This document shows positions 55,729 through 64,000 of a DNA stretch of 64,000 bases, in pieces (within the stretch, counting starts at the first letter, position 1; every line of letters begins with the position of its first letter). The notes below the pieces were generated by a model. It saw only the letters and a list, made by a program, of their open reading frames with translations, had not been told where the DNA came from and ran no database searches. The stretch is taken from NCBI GenBank assembly GCA_021816695.1, contig JAKAXE010000001.1, forward strand, positions 67,344 to 131,343, given 5' to 3'. Made by a program: the position numbers and the translations under genes. The DNA comes from a bacterium (GTDB lineage: Bacteria > Chloroflexota > Dormibacteria > Aeolococcales > Bog-877).

Positions 55729-56040
55729 TCACCGCTCCACCTCGATTACGACCTCGTCGTGCTCCCGAAGGGTGGGATACGTCTGCAGCGGGAGCACCGC
55801 CGGAAGGTTGAGCACGTCCCCAGTGGCGAGGTCGAAGCACGACCCGTGGCAGGGGCATTCCACGGCCTCCCCCTCCAGCGCCCCCGCACTGAGCGAGCAG
55901 TCCTCGTGGGTACAGGTGTCATCCACCGTGTACCAGCCACCACTCTCGGTGTGGGCCAGGCAGAGGACCTTCTCGCCGAGCTCGAGGCGAAGAAGTCCTG
56001 GCCGCGGTAGCGTGGCCACCGGGATTCGGACGGTCGCCAC
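55729..56040 (-). CDS. Soluble Rieske [2Fe-2S] ferredoxin-like protein (NirD/oxygenase-ferredoxin type)
   Basis: CTHEDCSL ... CPCHGSCF (CxH...CxxH). Start is probably the GTG near 56040 (VATVRIP...). The track ORF extends to 56199. Confidence 0.7.
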   Translation of the reverse strand: MATVRIPVATLPRPGLLRLELGEKVLCLAHTESGGWYTVDDTCTHEDCSLSAGALEGEAVECPCHGSCFDLATGDVLNLPAVLPLQTYPTLREHDEVVIEVER

Positions 56041-56041
56041 C

Positions 56042-56284
56042 TCAGCTGGCGCGGACACGACTACCCCCTTGCGGCCGCCGGCAGGTGAGGTGATGGAGGG
56101 TCCCGGTGAAGCGCTCGGCAGCCGCTGGGTCCCACTTCTCCAAGAGGGCGTAGGCGGAAGCCGCCATCCGGCAGGCGCTCTCCACCTGGCCGGCATCACC
56201 GAGCTCCCGCAGGGCCTGGTCCAGGATCCTGGCCAGCCTGCCTGTGGCGGTCACTGCGAGCGGCGCCCGATCCGGACCTTCCAT
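56042..56284 (-). CDS. Small hypothetical protein (80 aa)
   Basis: ORF of ordinary composition bridging the OsmC-fusion and Rieske genes. Overlaps the OsmC-fusion C-terminus by 34 nt, so coding status is uncertain. Confidence 0.25.
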   Translation of the reverse strand: MEGPDRAPLAVTATGRLARILDQALRELGDAGQVESACRMAASAYALLEKWDPAAAERFTGTLHHLTCRRPQGGSRVRAS

Positions 56285-56925
56285 GTCTTCGGGCCCTGCT
56301 CCAGGTATTCCCAGCTGAACTCCTCGCCCCTGGTGGCCTCGAGCTGGTAGCGCAGGGGCAGAGGATCATGGTCGTTCACCAGGGTTAGGTTCCTGCCGGC
56401 CTCCAGCCGGTCGATGGTGGAGAAGATCAGCTGATGGCGCTGGGCAGGGGCCAGGGAGCGGACGTCCAGTTCCTCCTGCGCCGCTTCGGGGGCTCGGACC
56501 GACACCCGGCCCACCCGGTACTCCACCTCGCTCCGCAGGTGCTTGCCGATGAAGCAGTGCTCCCGGGCCAGGTTGGCCGCAGACTGGTAGGCGTCATGGC
56601 GCGTGGGATCTCCGCCCAGCACCTCTGGGGTCACCAGGAGCTCAGAGATCCGCAGCGGCTGGCCCTCCACCCGCTGTCGCATCCTCACCTGGACCTTATC
56701 CCAGGGGAGGCCGTCTCGGTTCAGGAGTGAACTGAGGGTGCCGGTGTAACAGGTGGCGACCGCGCTGGCCAGGAGCTCCTCCGGGCTGCTCCCCTCGCCC
56801 CGCCCGCCCATCCCGGCGGGGACGGACCAGGCCAGGACCTGGTCCCCGGTCTCGACTGTGCCGAGCGCGTCCCGGCCGACTCCGGACCACCGGGTGGTCA
56901 CCTCGAACGTCAGCTCATTCATCAT
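56251..56925 (-). CDS. OsmC/Ohr-family domain fused to a C-terminal DUF2249-like domain
   Basis: N-terminal OsmC-like region TRWSGVGRD...SPEELLASAVATCY. C-terminal LDVRSLAPAQRHQLIFSTIDRLEAGRNLTLVNDHDPLPLRYQLE, which resembles the stand-alone DUF2249-like protein at 57815-58051. Confidence 0.6.
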   Translation of the reverse strand: MMNELTFEVTTRWSGVGRDALGTVETGDQVLAWSVPAGMGGRGEGSSPEELLASAVATCYTGTLSSLLNRDGLPWDKVQVRMRQRVEGQPLRISELLVTPEVLGGDPTRHDAYQSAANLAREHCFIGKHLRSEVEYRVGRVSVRAPEAAQEELDVRSLAPAQRHQLIFSTIDRLEAGRNLTLVNDHDPLPLRYQLEATRGEEFSWEYLEQGPKTWKVRIGRRSQ

Positions 56926-57822
56926 TCATCTCCCTTCTTCCCCATCGCCCTTCCCTGCCTCTTGCTGAGGCATGGGCTCCTCCGGATGGCCTCCCGTCAG
57001 GCTCTGCACCATTGCCTCCCGCTCATCCGGGCCGAGCCGGGAGAGCAGGGGAAGGTACAGCTCCTCCTCCTTGTCGAAGTGCAGCTGGACCGTCGTCGCC
57101 AGCTGCTGGAGCAGCGCGCGCACCTCCTCCGAGCGCCCCGCGGCAGCCGCTCGCTCCAGATCCCCTGCCAACCGCTCGATGCGGCGGTGGTCGTACTCCA
57201 TGGTGGCGGTCGCCTTGGCTTCAGCCCTGAGCACCCGGCCTACCTGGGGGTAGATGAGGCGCTCCTCGGCTCGCGCGTGCGGGAGGAGTTCATTCTCCAG
57301 GAACTCGATCGCGGTCTGGATCTCTCCGTCAAGCTGATCGACGTCGCCTCTCGAAAGTCGCTGGGCGAGAAGGCCCAGGTGGGCCACCCCGTTGATCAGC
57401 TCCCGGTGCTCGGAGCGGATGACGGCTGCCGGGTCCGGGCCCGGGGGCCGCACCGGCCAGGCCACCGACTCATCTCCCAGGTGGTCGCCCGCACCGGGTG
57501 GAGGGGACACGATGGCCAGCGCCACGAGCCGCCCGGCAGGGCAACGCACTCCCCGAGCGACACCGGCTGGTACGGTGGCCACCTCCCCCGCCAGGAGCCA
57601 CCGAGTCGTGTCGCCGGTGAGCAGTTCGGCCGTTCCCTGAAGGACGCAGAGGACCAGCCCGCTGGTCGGGCGGTGAGGTGGCAGCTCCCGCCCGGGCGTC
57701 AGCTCCAGCAGGAGCACCCGGTGCGAGGGCGCATCGCTCAGGGTTCGAGCGATCGGACCCCCACTGGATCGGACCTTATCAGAATGGATCACCTCGACTT
57801 CGGTGGCCGCTGCCTCACCCAT
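56926..57822 (-). CDS. Cupin domain fused to hemerythrin-like (HHE cation-binding) domain
   Basis: N-terminal cupin beta-barrel pattern (LLELTPGRELPPHRPTSGLVLCVLQG). C-terminal His/Glu/Asp pattern HRELINGVAHL...EFLENELLPHARAEE...MEYDHRRIE...LHFDKEEELYLPLL. Confidence 0.7.
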   Translation of the reverse strand: MGEAAATEVEVIHSDKVRSSGGPIARTLSDAPSHRVLLLELTPGRELPPHRPTSGLVLCVLQGTAELLTGDTTRWLLAGEVATVPAGVARGVRCPAGRLVALAIVSPPPGAGDHLGDESVAWPVRPPGPDPAAVIRSEHRELINGVAHLGLLAQRLSRGDVDQLDGEIQTAIEFLENELLPHARAEERLIYPQVGRVLRAEAKATATMEYDHRRIERLAGDLERAAAAGRSEEVRALLQQLATTVQLHFDKEEELYLPLLSRLGPDEREAMVQSLTGGHPEEPMPQQEAGKGDGEEGR

Positions 57823-58051
57823 CGCGCCGCGCCTCCAGTGGGCTGAAGACCACCAGGAAGTCTCCCTCGCCCAGGTCCTCCGTCTCGTGGCCGTATCCCC
57901 GGGACTCCATCACCGAGTAGAGAGGAACCGGGTCGAGGGGCGCCACGAGCTCGAGCGGTTCTCCAGGGGAGAGGGCGGAGACCGCCGCCATGATCGCCGC
58001 GAAGGGCTCTTCTCCTCTGGCCATCAGCCCCCGGACATCCAGATGGGCCAT
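57815..58051 (-). CDS. DUF2249-like small protein (78 aa)
   Basis: LDVRGL...PFAAIMAAVSALSPGEPLELVAPLDPVPLYSVMESRGYGHE matches the DUF2249 pattern seen fused in the neighbouring gene. Confidence 0.5.
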   Translation of the reverse strand: MAHLDVRGLMARGEEPFAAIMAAVSALSPGEPLELVAPLDPVPLYSVMESRGYGHETEDLGEGDFLVVFSPLEARRDG

Positions 58052-58057
58052 CCGACC

Positions 58058-58393
58058 TCAGCTCCAGCCCAGGGCTTGCTTGGCGGCGGGACTCATCATG
58101 TCCGGCTCCCAAGGTGGCTGCCACACCAGCTCCACCGCCACCTCACGGACTCCTGGGATCGTCTCCAGGCGGAACCGGACCTGATCTGGGATGCTGCCCC
58201 CCATTGGGCAGCCCGGGGTGGTCAGGGTCATCGCTACCAGCAGAGCACCTTCGTGGACCTCGAGTCCGTACACCAGCCCCAGGTTCACGAGGTCGATGCC
58301 CAGCTCGGGATCGTAGACCTCCAGGAGGCGCTGCCAGGCTTCCTGCTCGATCGCTGGGTCGCCCAGGGTGTCCGCCAGCGGTGGTGTCATCAC
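58058..58393 (-). CDS. DUF59 / SufT-like Fe-S cluster assembly protein (MIP18 family)
   Basis: YDPELGIDLVNLGLVY ... TPGCPMG motif, 111 aa. Confidence 0.75.
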   Translation of the reverse strand: MMTPPLADTLGDPAIEQEAWQRLLEVYDPELGIDLVNLGLVYGLEVHEGALLVAMTLTTPGCPMGGSIPDQVRFRLETIPGVREVAVELVWQPPWEPDMMSPAAKQALGWS

Positions 58394-59073
58394 TCACCCG
58401 CGCTGGTGACCGCATCCCTGCCGGCGAGATCGGCGACGCAGAGGTTCGGCTCGACCAGCGGGTGGAGCTCGGAGACGGTGACCCCGGCCCCGACCTCTGC
58501 CAGCGCCCCGCGCAGCAAGCCCAGGTGCGCTGAGCAGATGAGCTGGCGGTTCCCGGCGGCCACTTCCAGGAACGGGCAGCGGTGAAGGTTGATTCGCGAC
58601 CGCCCCTGAACCTCTTCGAGCTCCGGGCTGAACCCCAGGTCCGCCAGCATCCCGAGGACCCGGGGTAGCCCCCCTCCGCTCTCGGCAGCGTCCGCACGCG
58701 CGAGCTCGGCACCCCACCGGGTTCCGAGCTCCAGGCCCGTCCTCTCAGCACTGGGGGACGAGGTCGAGAGATAGCCGGACAGCACCTCGGCCAGCATCCG
58801 GTATCCGGCCTCTGGCCCTGCATTCACCACTGCATGCCAGATCCGCCGGGGCCGGCCCCGGCGCAACCGACGCTCCGTCTCCGAGGCGACCAAGCCTGCG
58901 CGCGCCAGCACCTCGAGATGGAATCGCACCGTGTTCACATGTATCCCCGCCCGCTCCGCGAGCTCCTGGGCGTCCAGCGGCGCCGGGGCCCTGCGAAGCT
59001 CCTCGAGCAGGGCGACCCGGGTCCAGTCCGAGAGGGCCCGGTGGGCCCGTAGGGAGGTCTCAGGTGTGCTCAT
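58390..59073 (-). CDS. ArsR-like winged-HTH regulator with C-terminal Cys/His domain; first gene of the redox operon
   Basis: ATG at 59073-59071 (MSTPETS...). wHTH region [32 protein letters not shown]-terminal motif HRCPFLE...[15 protein letters not shown]. The 378-aa track ORF from 59526 is an upstream over-extension. Confidence 0.7.
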   Translation of the reverse strand: MSTPETSLRAHRALSDWTRVALLEELRRAPAPLDAQELAERAGIHVNTVRFHLEVLARAGLVASETERRLRRGRPRRIWHAVVNAGPEAGYRMLAEVLSGYLSTSSPSAERTGLELGTRWGAELARADAAESGGGLPRVLGMLADLGFSPELEEVQGRSRINLHRCPFLEVAAGNRQLICSAHLGLLRGALAEVGAGVTVSELHPLVEPNLCVADLAGRDAVTSAGE

Positions 59074-59082
59074 GCCGATATT

Positions 59083-59138
59083 ATACACAACAGATATTGT
59101 GTCAATCATGCGACGACAGATACACGTCTGTGTCCGCA
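59083..59138. promoter_or_regulatory. AT-rich operator-like region: ATACAC-N10-GTGTCA dyad plus a second ACAGATACACGTCTGTGTC dyad between the divergent ArsR-like regulator and yyaL-like gene
   Basis: First dyad at 59083-59104 and second at 59117-59138, in a conspicuous AT-rich 70-bp intergenic patch. The same ACAC-N10-GTGT core and spacing recurs at 51710-51731. Confidence 0.4.
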
Positions 59139-59145
59139 GTACCTT

Positions 59146-61161
59146 GTGGCGATGAACCGCCTCGCCCAGGAGTCCAGCCTCTATCTCCGCCAGCATCAGG
59201 AGAACCCGGTCGACTGGTACCCCTGGGGTGAGGAGGCGTTCACCGTCGCCCGGGCAGAGGACAAGCCGGTGCTGCTGAGCGTGGGCTACTCCACCTGCCA
59301 CTGGTGCCACGTGATGGCCCACGAGTCCTTCTCCGACCCCGAGGTTGCCGAGCTCCAGAACCGCCTCTTCGTCTCCATCAAGGTGGATCGGGAGGAGCGC
59401 CCCGGGGTCGACCGGATCTACATGGAGGCGCTGCTTGCCTTCACCGGGTCCGGCGGCTGGCCCATGACCGTCTTCCTCCTCCCGGATGGGCGGCCCTACT
59501 TCGCCGGAACGTACTTCCCACCCCAAGATCGTGGCGGCCTTCCTGCCTTCCGCCGGGTGCTGCTGGCGGCCGCGGCAGCCTACCGGGACCGGCGCCCGGA
59601 TCTCGAGGCGACCTCCCGCGAGCTGGCACGGGCGCTGGCGCCCTCAAGGGTCGGCGGGACCGGGTCGGCTCCCTCGCAGGAGGACCTCGCCGCCGCCTCG
59701 GAGCGCGTCCTCGCCGGCTGGGACAAGGACCACGGGGGGCTGCGCGGTGCGCCCAAGTTCCCCCAGGCTCCCCTCCTGGAGTTCCTCCAGGCGCGCTGGG
59801 CACTGCGCGGGGACCAGGACGCCGGGCGGGCCGTGGGACTGACCCTCCGACGCATGGCGGAGGGCGGGATTCACGATCAGTTGGGAGGTGGATTCCACCG
59901 CTACTCGGTGGATGACCGTTGGGGGGTACCCCACTTCGAGAAGATGCTCTATGACCAGGCCCAGCTGATCCCCCTCTACCTCCATCACTGGCAGATGCAG
60001 CGAGATGAGGGGGCGCTCGGGGTGGCCGTCCAGACCGCGGAATTCATAGTCAGCGGACTCGGGCTGCCTTCGGGAGGGTTCGCCGCTGCCGTCGACGCCG
60101 ACTCCGCCGGCCGGGAGGGGCTCACCTACCTCTGGACCCGGGAGCAGCTGGAGAGCGCCGGGGGGGAGGGCTGGCGGGAGTTCTGGAGGCTGGATCCCGG
60201 CGCCCGGGTGGACGGTGACTTCGTGCTCCAGGCCGCGCTCCCCTGGGGGCGCCTTCCGCCTGGGGCCGCGGAGGTGCGCTCGCGGCTCCTGGCGGAGCGG
60301 GCGGAGCGCCCCCAGCCCCAGCGGGACGACAAGGTCGTGGTGGCGTGGAACGCTCAGGCGGCCAGCGCGCTCGCGGAGCTGGGGCTCCTGCTTTCGGATG
60401 ACCGATTCCTCACCCCGGCGCTGCGGTGTGCCCTCTTGCTCTGGGAGAGCGCGCGTGACTCCGAGGGCGGGCTCACCCATCTCCTGTACGGCTCGAGCTC
60501 CCGCCTTCCGGCCACCCTTGAGGACCGGGCGGCGCTCGGCCTGTGCGGCCTTTGGATGCACGAGCTCACCGGCGACGGGGTGTGGGTGGAGCGGTCCTTG
60601 GATTTGGCGGAGTCGGCCGAGCGGCTCCATCGGGACGGGGCGGGGCTATGGCACGAGACGGCCGCCGGAGCTGACCCCCTGCTGCCGGCTCGGCCGACCG
60701 TGGTTGACGACGGGGCCACGCGCTCCGGGATCTCCCAGATGGCCTCCCTCTGCTGGCGGCTCTGGCAGCTCACCGGGGAGGCGTCGTGGTCGGAGCGGGC
60801 CGAGGCGGCCGCGTCGCGTCTCGGCCGGGGCGCGACCGGCCAGCCCCTGGCCTTCGGAGGGCTCCTGGCCGACCTCGAGTCCATGAACGCTGGGGGGACC
60901 CAGCTGGCCATAGCAGCTGCACCAGGGGAACATCTCGAGCTCCTCCGCCGGGCTCGCTCCCACTTCTTGCCGACCCTGGTGGTGGCAGTGGGCACCGGGT
61001 CGGAGTCGGATCCGCCACTCGCCGCCGGGCGGCCGGCCCTGGGCGGCATCCCTACGGCACACGTCTGCCGTGACTTCACCTGCCGGATGCCCACCACGCT
61101 GGTAGACGACCTCGAGGCGCAGCTTTCCGCCGCGCGATCCGCGGGGAGCATGGGAGGATAG
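59146..61161 (+). CDS. Thioredoxin-domain protein of the YyaL/DUF255 family (N-terminal thioredoxin-like fold plus six-hairpin-glycosidase-like domain)
   Basis: N-terminal [13 protein letters not shown]...[20 protein letters not shown] signature, 671 aa. Confidence 0.9.
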   Translation: MAMNRLAQESSLYLRQHQENPVDWYPWGEEAFTVARAEDKPVLLSVGYSTCHWCHVMAHESFSDPEVAELQNRLFVSIKVDREERPGVDRIYMEALLAFTGSGGWPMTVFLLPDGRPYFAGTYFPPQDRGGLPAFRRVLLAAAAAYRDRRPDLEATSRELARALAPSRVGGTGSAPSQEDLAAASERVLAGWDKDHGGLRGAPKFPQAPLLEFLQARWALRGDQDAGRAVGLTLRRMAEGGIHDQLGGGFHRYSVDDRWGVPHFEKMLYDQAQLIPLYLHHWQMQRDEGALGVAVQTAEFIVSGLGLPSGGFAAAVDADSAGREGLTYLWTREQLESAGGEGWREFWRLDPGARVDGDFVLQAALPWGRLPPGAAEVRSRLLAERAERPQPQRDDKVVVAWNAQAASALAELGLLLSDDRFLTPALRCALLLWESARDSEGGLTHLLYGSSSRLPATLEDRAALGLCGLWMHELTGDGVWVERSLDLAESAERLHRDGAGLWHETAAGADPLLPARPTVVDDGATRSGISQMASLCWRLWQLTGEASWSERAEAAASRLGRGATGQPLAFGGLLADLESMNAGGTQLAIAAAPGEHLELLRRARSHFLPTLVVAVGTGSESDPPLAAGRPALGGIPTAHVCRDFTCRMPTTLVDDLEAQLSAARSAGSMGG

Positions 61162-61164
61162 CGG

Positions 61165-61914
61165 ATGGTGAACGGGAAGCAGGGGCGCCCACTGGCGGTG
61201 GTCACCGGGGCCAGCTCGGGGATCGGCGAGGCGGTGGCGCGCCGGCTCCACCGGGAGGGATTCGACCTGCTCCTGGGAGCGCGCCGCGATGGACTCCTGG
61301 AGCCGCTGGCCGCCGAGCTGGGCGTCAGTTGGCGGCACCTGGACGTGGCCGACCAGGCGAGTGTCGAGCAATTCTGCGAGGGGGTTGAGCAGCTGGCGGT
61401 TCTGGTCAACAACGCCGGCGGCGCCCGGGGACTGGACCCGGTCGAGGCCGCCCCGCTCGAGGACTGGCGCTGGATGTGGGAGGTCAACGTCCTGGGGCTG
61501 GTGGCGATGACCCGGCAGCTCATCCCGGCCCTGGAGCGCTCCGGCCGGGGCATTGTGGTGAACATCTCCTCCACCGCCGCCTTCGAGGTGTACGAGGGCG
61601 GGGCCGGCTACACCGCCGCCAAGCACGCCGTCCACGCCATCTCCCGGACCCTCCGACTGGAGCTGGCGGGGCGCCCCATCCGGGTCACCGAGGTCTGCCC
61701 GGGGATGGTGGAGACGGACTTCTCCGTGAACCGCTTCCGGGGGGACGCCGGGCGTGCCGCTCAGGTGTATCGAGGTGTCGAGGCGCTCACGGCGGCCGAT
61801 GTCGCGGACGTGGTGGCCTTCGCCGCCACCCGTCCCCCGCACGTGGACCTCGACCAGATCGTGATGCGCCCGGTCCAGCAGGCCGCGAGCCACAAGGTGG
61901 TGCGGAGGGAATAG
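61165..61914 (+). CDS. SDR-family short-chain dehydrogenase/reductase
   Basis: VVTGASSGIG Rossmann motif, NNAG, and YTAAK (YxxxK), 249 aa. Confidence 0.85.
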   Translation: MVNGKQGRPLAVVTGASSGIGEAVARRLHREGFDLLLGARRDGLLEPLAAELGVSWRHLDVADQASVEQFCEGVEQLAVLVNNAGGARGLDPVEAAPLEDWRWMWEVNVLGLVAMTRQLIPALERSGRGIVVNISSTAAFEVYEGGAGYTAAKHAVHAISRTLRLELAGRPIRVTEVCPGMVETDFSVNRFRGDAGRAAQVYRGVEALTAADVADVVAFAATRPPHVDLDQIVMRPVQQAASHKVVRRE

Positions 61915-61920
61915 GGCGGC

Positions 61921-62757
61921 TCAGCCGGCCATCGGATTCCGCACCGGGCGGCCGGGGTCCGCCGCCCACTCGCTCCAGGAGCCCGGGTAGAGCTGTCCCG
62001 GATGGCCTCCGGCCACCTCCAGGGCGAGGAGCACCGCGCAGGAGGTGACCCCGGACCCGCAGTAGACCACGACCGGACGGTCATCCGCACCGGATTCTCC
62101 GAGCAGGTGCCGCAGCTCGGCCGCGGGGCGGAGCCGACCCCGGTCGAAGAGGTCGGTCCAGGGGAGGCTGACCGCCCCCGGGAGGTGCCCGGGCCGGGGG
62201 TCCAGTGGGTTTGGCTGCCCCAGGTAGCGCGCCCTGGCCCGCGCGTCCACTACGACGCTGCCCCGATCCCGGCACGTCTCGAGGCTATCCGCACCCACCC
62301 AGCCCTCGAACCCCTCGGCCTGGAAGTCGCCGGACCGTGGGGCCGGCCGCTCACCGGTGAGCCTCCCCCCTGCCTCCAGATAGGCCCGGAGGCCGCCGTC
62401 CAGGACCGCCACCCGGCGGTGGCCGGCGGCCCGGAGCATCCACCAGGCCCGGGCCGCTGCCCCGGTGACCTCGTCGTACACCACCACCTGGCTGCCGGCG
62501 TTGACCCCGTGGCGGCGCATGCTGGCGACAAAGCTCTCCACCGGCGGAAGGGGGTGGCGGCCCTGCGGGCCCGCCGGTCCTGCGAGCTCCAGGTCAAGGT
62601 CCACGAACTCCGCCCCGGGGATGTGGCCGGCGAGATAGGCCTCGCGTTCGGCACCCAGCTCCAGCGACCAGCGCACGTCCAGGACCACCAGATCCGGCGC
62701 GCCCAGCTGCCGGATCAGGTGGTCGGGCTGCACCAGGGGCTGGGGCCTATCCGGCAT
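61921..62757 (-). CDS. Tandem-rhodanese sulfurtransferase (thiosulfate/3-mercaptopyruvate sulfurtransferase-like)
   Basis: Two rhodanese domains with active-site loop CGSGVTSCAV in the C-terminal domain. ATG at 62757 (MPDRPQ...). The track ORF extends to 62835. Confidence 0.85.
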   Translation of the reverse strand: MPDRPQPLVQPDHLIRQLGAPDLVVLDVRWSLELGAEREAYLAGHIPGAEFVDLDLELAGPAGPQGRHPLPPVESFVASMRRHGVNAGSQVVVYDEVTGAAARAWWMLRAAGHRRVAVLDGGLRAYLEAGGRLTGERPAPRSGDFQAEGFEGWVGADSLETCRDRGSVVVDARARARYLGQPNPLDPRPGHLPGAVSLPWTDLFDRGRLRPAAELRHLLGESGADDRPVVVYCGSGVTSCAVLLALEVAGGHPGQLYPGSWSEWAADPGRPVRNPMAG

Positions 62758-62842
62758 GGCGACATAATGCCGGAAGTGGGCCGTACGCAAGGATTCAGCC
62801 GGAGGGGGGCGCGACCCTCCCCCCTCGGAGGCCACCGTCTGA

Positions 62843-63829
62843 ATGGGTCAGCCCGTGAGCCCTGAGCTGAGATGCCTGGTGGTCGGGCGCAGCCCGACCC
62901 CGGATCCGGGCGTGCTGGCCGGGCTGGACCGGGGCCTGGAGCTGGTCGGGCCCGGGGCCGGGGTGGGCGAGGGACGCTTCGACTGCATCTGGCGGCTCTT
63001 CGGGGGGCGCCTCGAGGGAGCGACCGAGGACCCCCTTGAGGCAGGGCTCGAGGCTCACCCCGAAGTGCGCTGGGTGCACACGGTGAGTGCCGGGATCGAC
63101 CACCTGCGCCCGCTGCTGGAGCGATACCCCGGGGTCACCCTCACGACCTCCGCCGGGGTGGTGGCGGTTCCCATCGCCGAGTTCGTGCTCGCCTGCCTAC
63201 TGCACCACTGCAAGCGGCTGGCCGACCTGGATGAGCTGCAGCGCCAGCGCCGCTTCGAGGCGGTTCCTCTGAGGGAGCTGGGGGACTTGAGGGTGGTGCT
63301 GGTCGGCCTGGGGGCGATCGGCAACGAGGTGGCTCGGAGAGCCCTCGCCATGGGGGCGCAGGTGGTCGCCGTGCGCCGCCGCCCCGAGTTGGGGGGTGGC
63401 CCGCACGGGTTGCCGGTCATTGGCCCGGAGGGGCTCCCCGAGGCCTGCCGCGGGGCTGACGCCCTGGTGCTGGCGGCCCCGCTGACCGGAAGCAGCCGGG
63501 GGATGATCGGGGATCGGGAGCTGCGGCTCATGGGCGAGGGATCGGCGCTGGTCAACATCGCCCGGGGCGGGCTCGTGGACGAGCCGGCGCTGCTCCGGGC
63601 GCTCACCCACGGACCCCTGGCCGCCGCCTACCTGGACGCCTTCGAGGAGGAGCCGCTGCCGGACTCGTCTCCGCTTTGGACCGCCCCCGGCGTCCACCTG
63701 AGCCCCCACGTGAGCTGGAACTCTCCCCACTTCGCCCGGCGAAGCACCGAGCTCTTCCTGAACCAGCTCAACCGCTTTCGCCAAGGGCTGCCCTTGGCGA
63801 ACGTCGCCGATGTCGCCCAGGGCTACTGA
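62843..63829 (+). CDS. D-isomer-specific 2-hydroxyacid dehydrogenase (NAD-binding)
   Basis: NAD-binding VVLVGLGAIGNEVARR. Catalytic Arg/Glu/His context (NIARGGLVDE...SPHVS), 328 aa. Confidence 0.85.
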   Translation: MGQPVSPELRCLVVGRSPTPDPGVLAGLDRGLELVGPGAGVGEGRFDCIWRLFGGRLEGATEDPLEAGLEAHPEVRWVHTVSAGIDHLRPLLERYPGVTLTTSAGVVAVPIAEFVLACLLHHCKRLADLDELQRQRRFEAVPLRELGDLRVVLVGLGAIGNEVARRALAMGAQVVAVRRRPELGGGPHGLPVIGPEGLPEACRGADALVLAAPLTGSSRGMIGDRELRLMGEGSALVNIARGGLVDEPALLRALTHGPLAAAYLDAFEEEPLPDSSPLWTAPGVHLSPHVSWNSPHFARRSTELFLNQLNRFRQGLPLANVADVAQGY

Positions 63830-63830
63830 C

Positions 63831-64000
63831 TCATTCCGGGATGTAGTCGGAGCGGAGCCCCAGGAGCTCGGGGGCGTGGAGCTGGACCAGCTTGGAGGCC
63901 ACCCCTGGCGGCGGGCCGGGGCGGAGCAGGGAGCCCAGGACCATGGTGGCGAAGGCCAGCGGCACGGTGACGATCGCCGGCTGAGCCAGGATCACGGCCA
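63831..64000 (-). CDS. Partial CDS (C-terminal about 56 aa) of a hydrophobic, probably membrane, protein
   Basis: A minus-strand frame ends with ...SDYIPE* at the stop at 63833-63831 and runs off the 3' edge of the window. Hydrophobic, helix-like. Confidence 0.3.
   Translation of the reverse strand, partial: AVILAQPAIVTVPLAFATMVLGSLLRPGPPPGVASKLVQLHAPELLGLRSDYIPE

Noticed and set aside
59304-59915. Plus-strand ORFs inside the yyaL-like gene (59304-59915, 59486-59842) and minus-strand 59644-60630
   Set aside because: Alternative-frame artefacts within a gene that has an unambiguous thioredoxin-domain YyaL signature in frame 59146.
1-64000. CRISPR arrays, IS elements or transposases, integrases, rRNA, obvious tRNA genes, or att-like direct repeats flanking the T4SS region
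   Set aside because: None recognised by eye. No regularly spaced repeats, no DDE or tyrosine-recombinase signatures among the ORFs, and the T4SS operon is flanked by housekeeping genes rather than repeat boundaries. A covariance-model tRNA scan would be needed to be definitive.

Overview
The window is a very GC-rich, gene-dense chromosomal segment that looks actinobacterial: PIM-type lipid genes, narGHJI, a 7Fe ferredoxin, leaderless-looking promoters and frequent GTGA/ATGA start-stop overlaps. The supplied ORF track translates TTG/GTG starts as M and contains many long Arg/Pro/Gly-rich ORFs in alternative frames; I treat those as artefacts. Most of the window is housekeeping metabolism (hemE, fumarase, acetyl-CoA synthetase, aconitase, transaldolase, folE, PBP1A, narGHJI). 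Four things stand out. First, a compact minus-strand operon (~9.3-16.5 kb) encodes a minimal Gram-positive-type type IV secretion or conjugation-like apparatus: VirD4 coupling ATPase, a VirB2-like pilin candidate, a Cys-rich VirB6-like polytopic protein, a VirB3-like protein, a VirB4 ATPase and a CHAP cell-wall hydrolase. No relaxase, integrase or replication gene is visible, and a second CHAP paralog plus an SLT transglycosylase sit ~5 kb away. Two of its small genes are hidden under over-extended ORFs in the track. Second, a nine-gene minus-strand redox/nitrosative-stress-like operon (~54.8-59.1 kb) is headed by an ArsR-like regulator and carries DUF59, DUF2249, cupin-hemerythrin, an OsmC-DUF2249 fusion, a Rieske protein and FdxA. 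Its AT-rich promoter carries an ACAC-N10-GTGT dyad that recurs, with the same spacing, upstream of an NnrS-like/NDH-2 pair about 7.4 kb away. Third, a SoxR gene sits divergent to a split transketolase, with a SoxR-box-like dyad centred in a 19-bp promoter spacer. Fourth, an FNR-like flavoprotein is GTGA-coupled to a PduO-type cobalamin adenosyltransferase. No CRISPR array, transposase or rRNA was seen, and no convincing tRNA.
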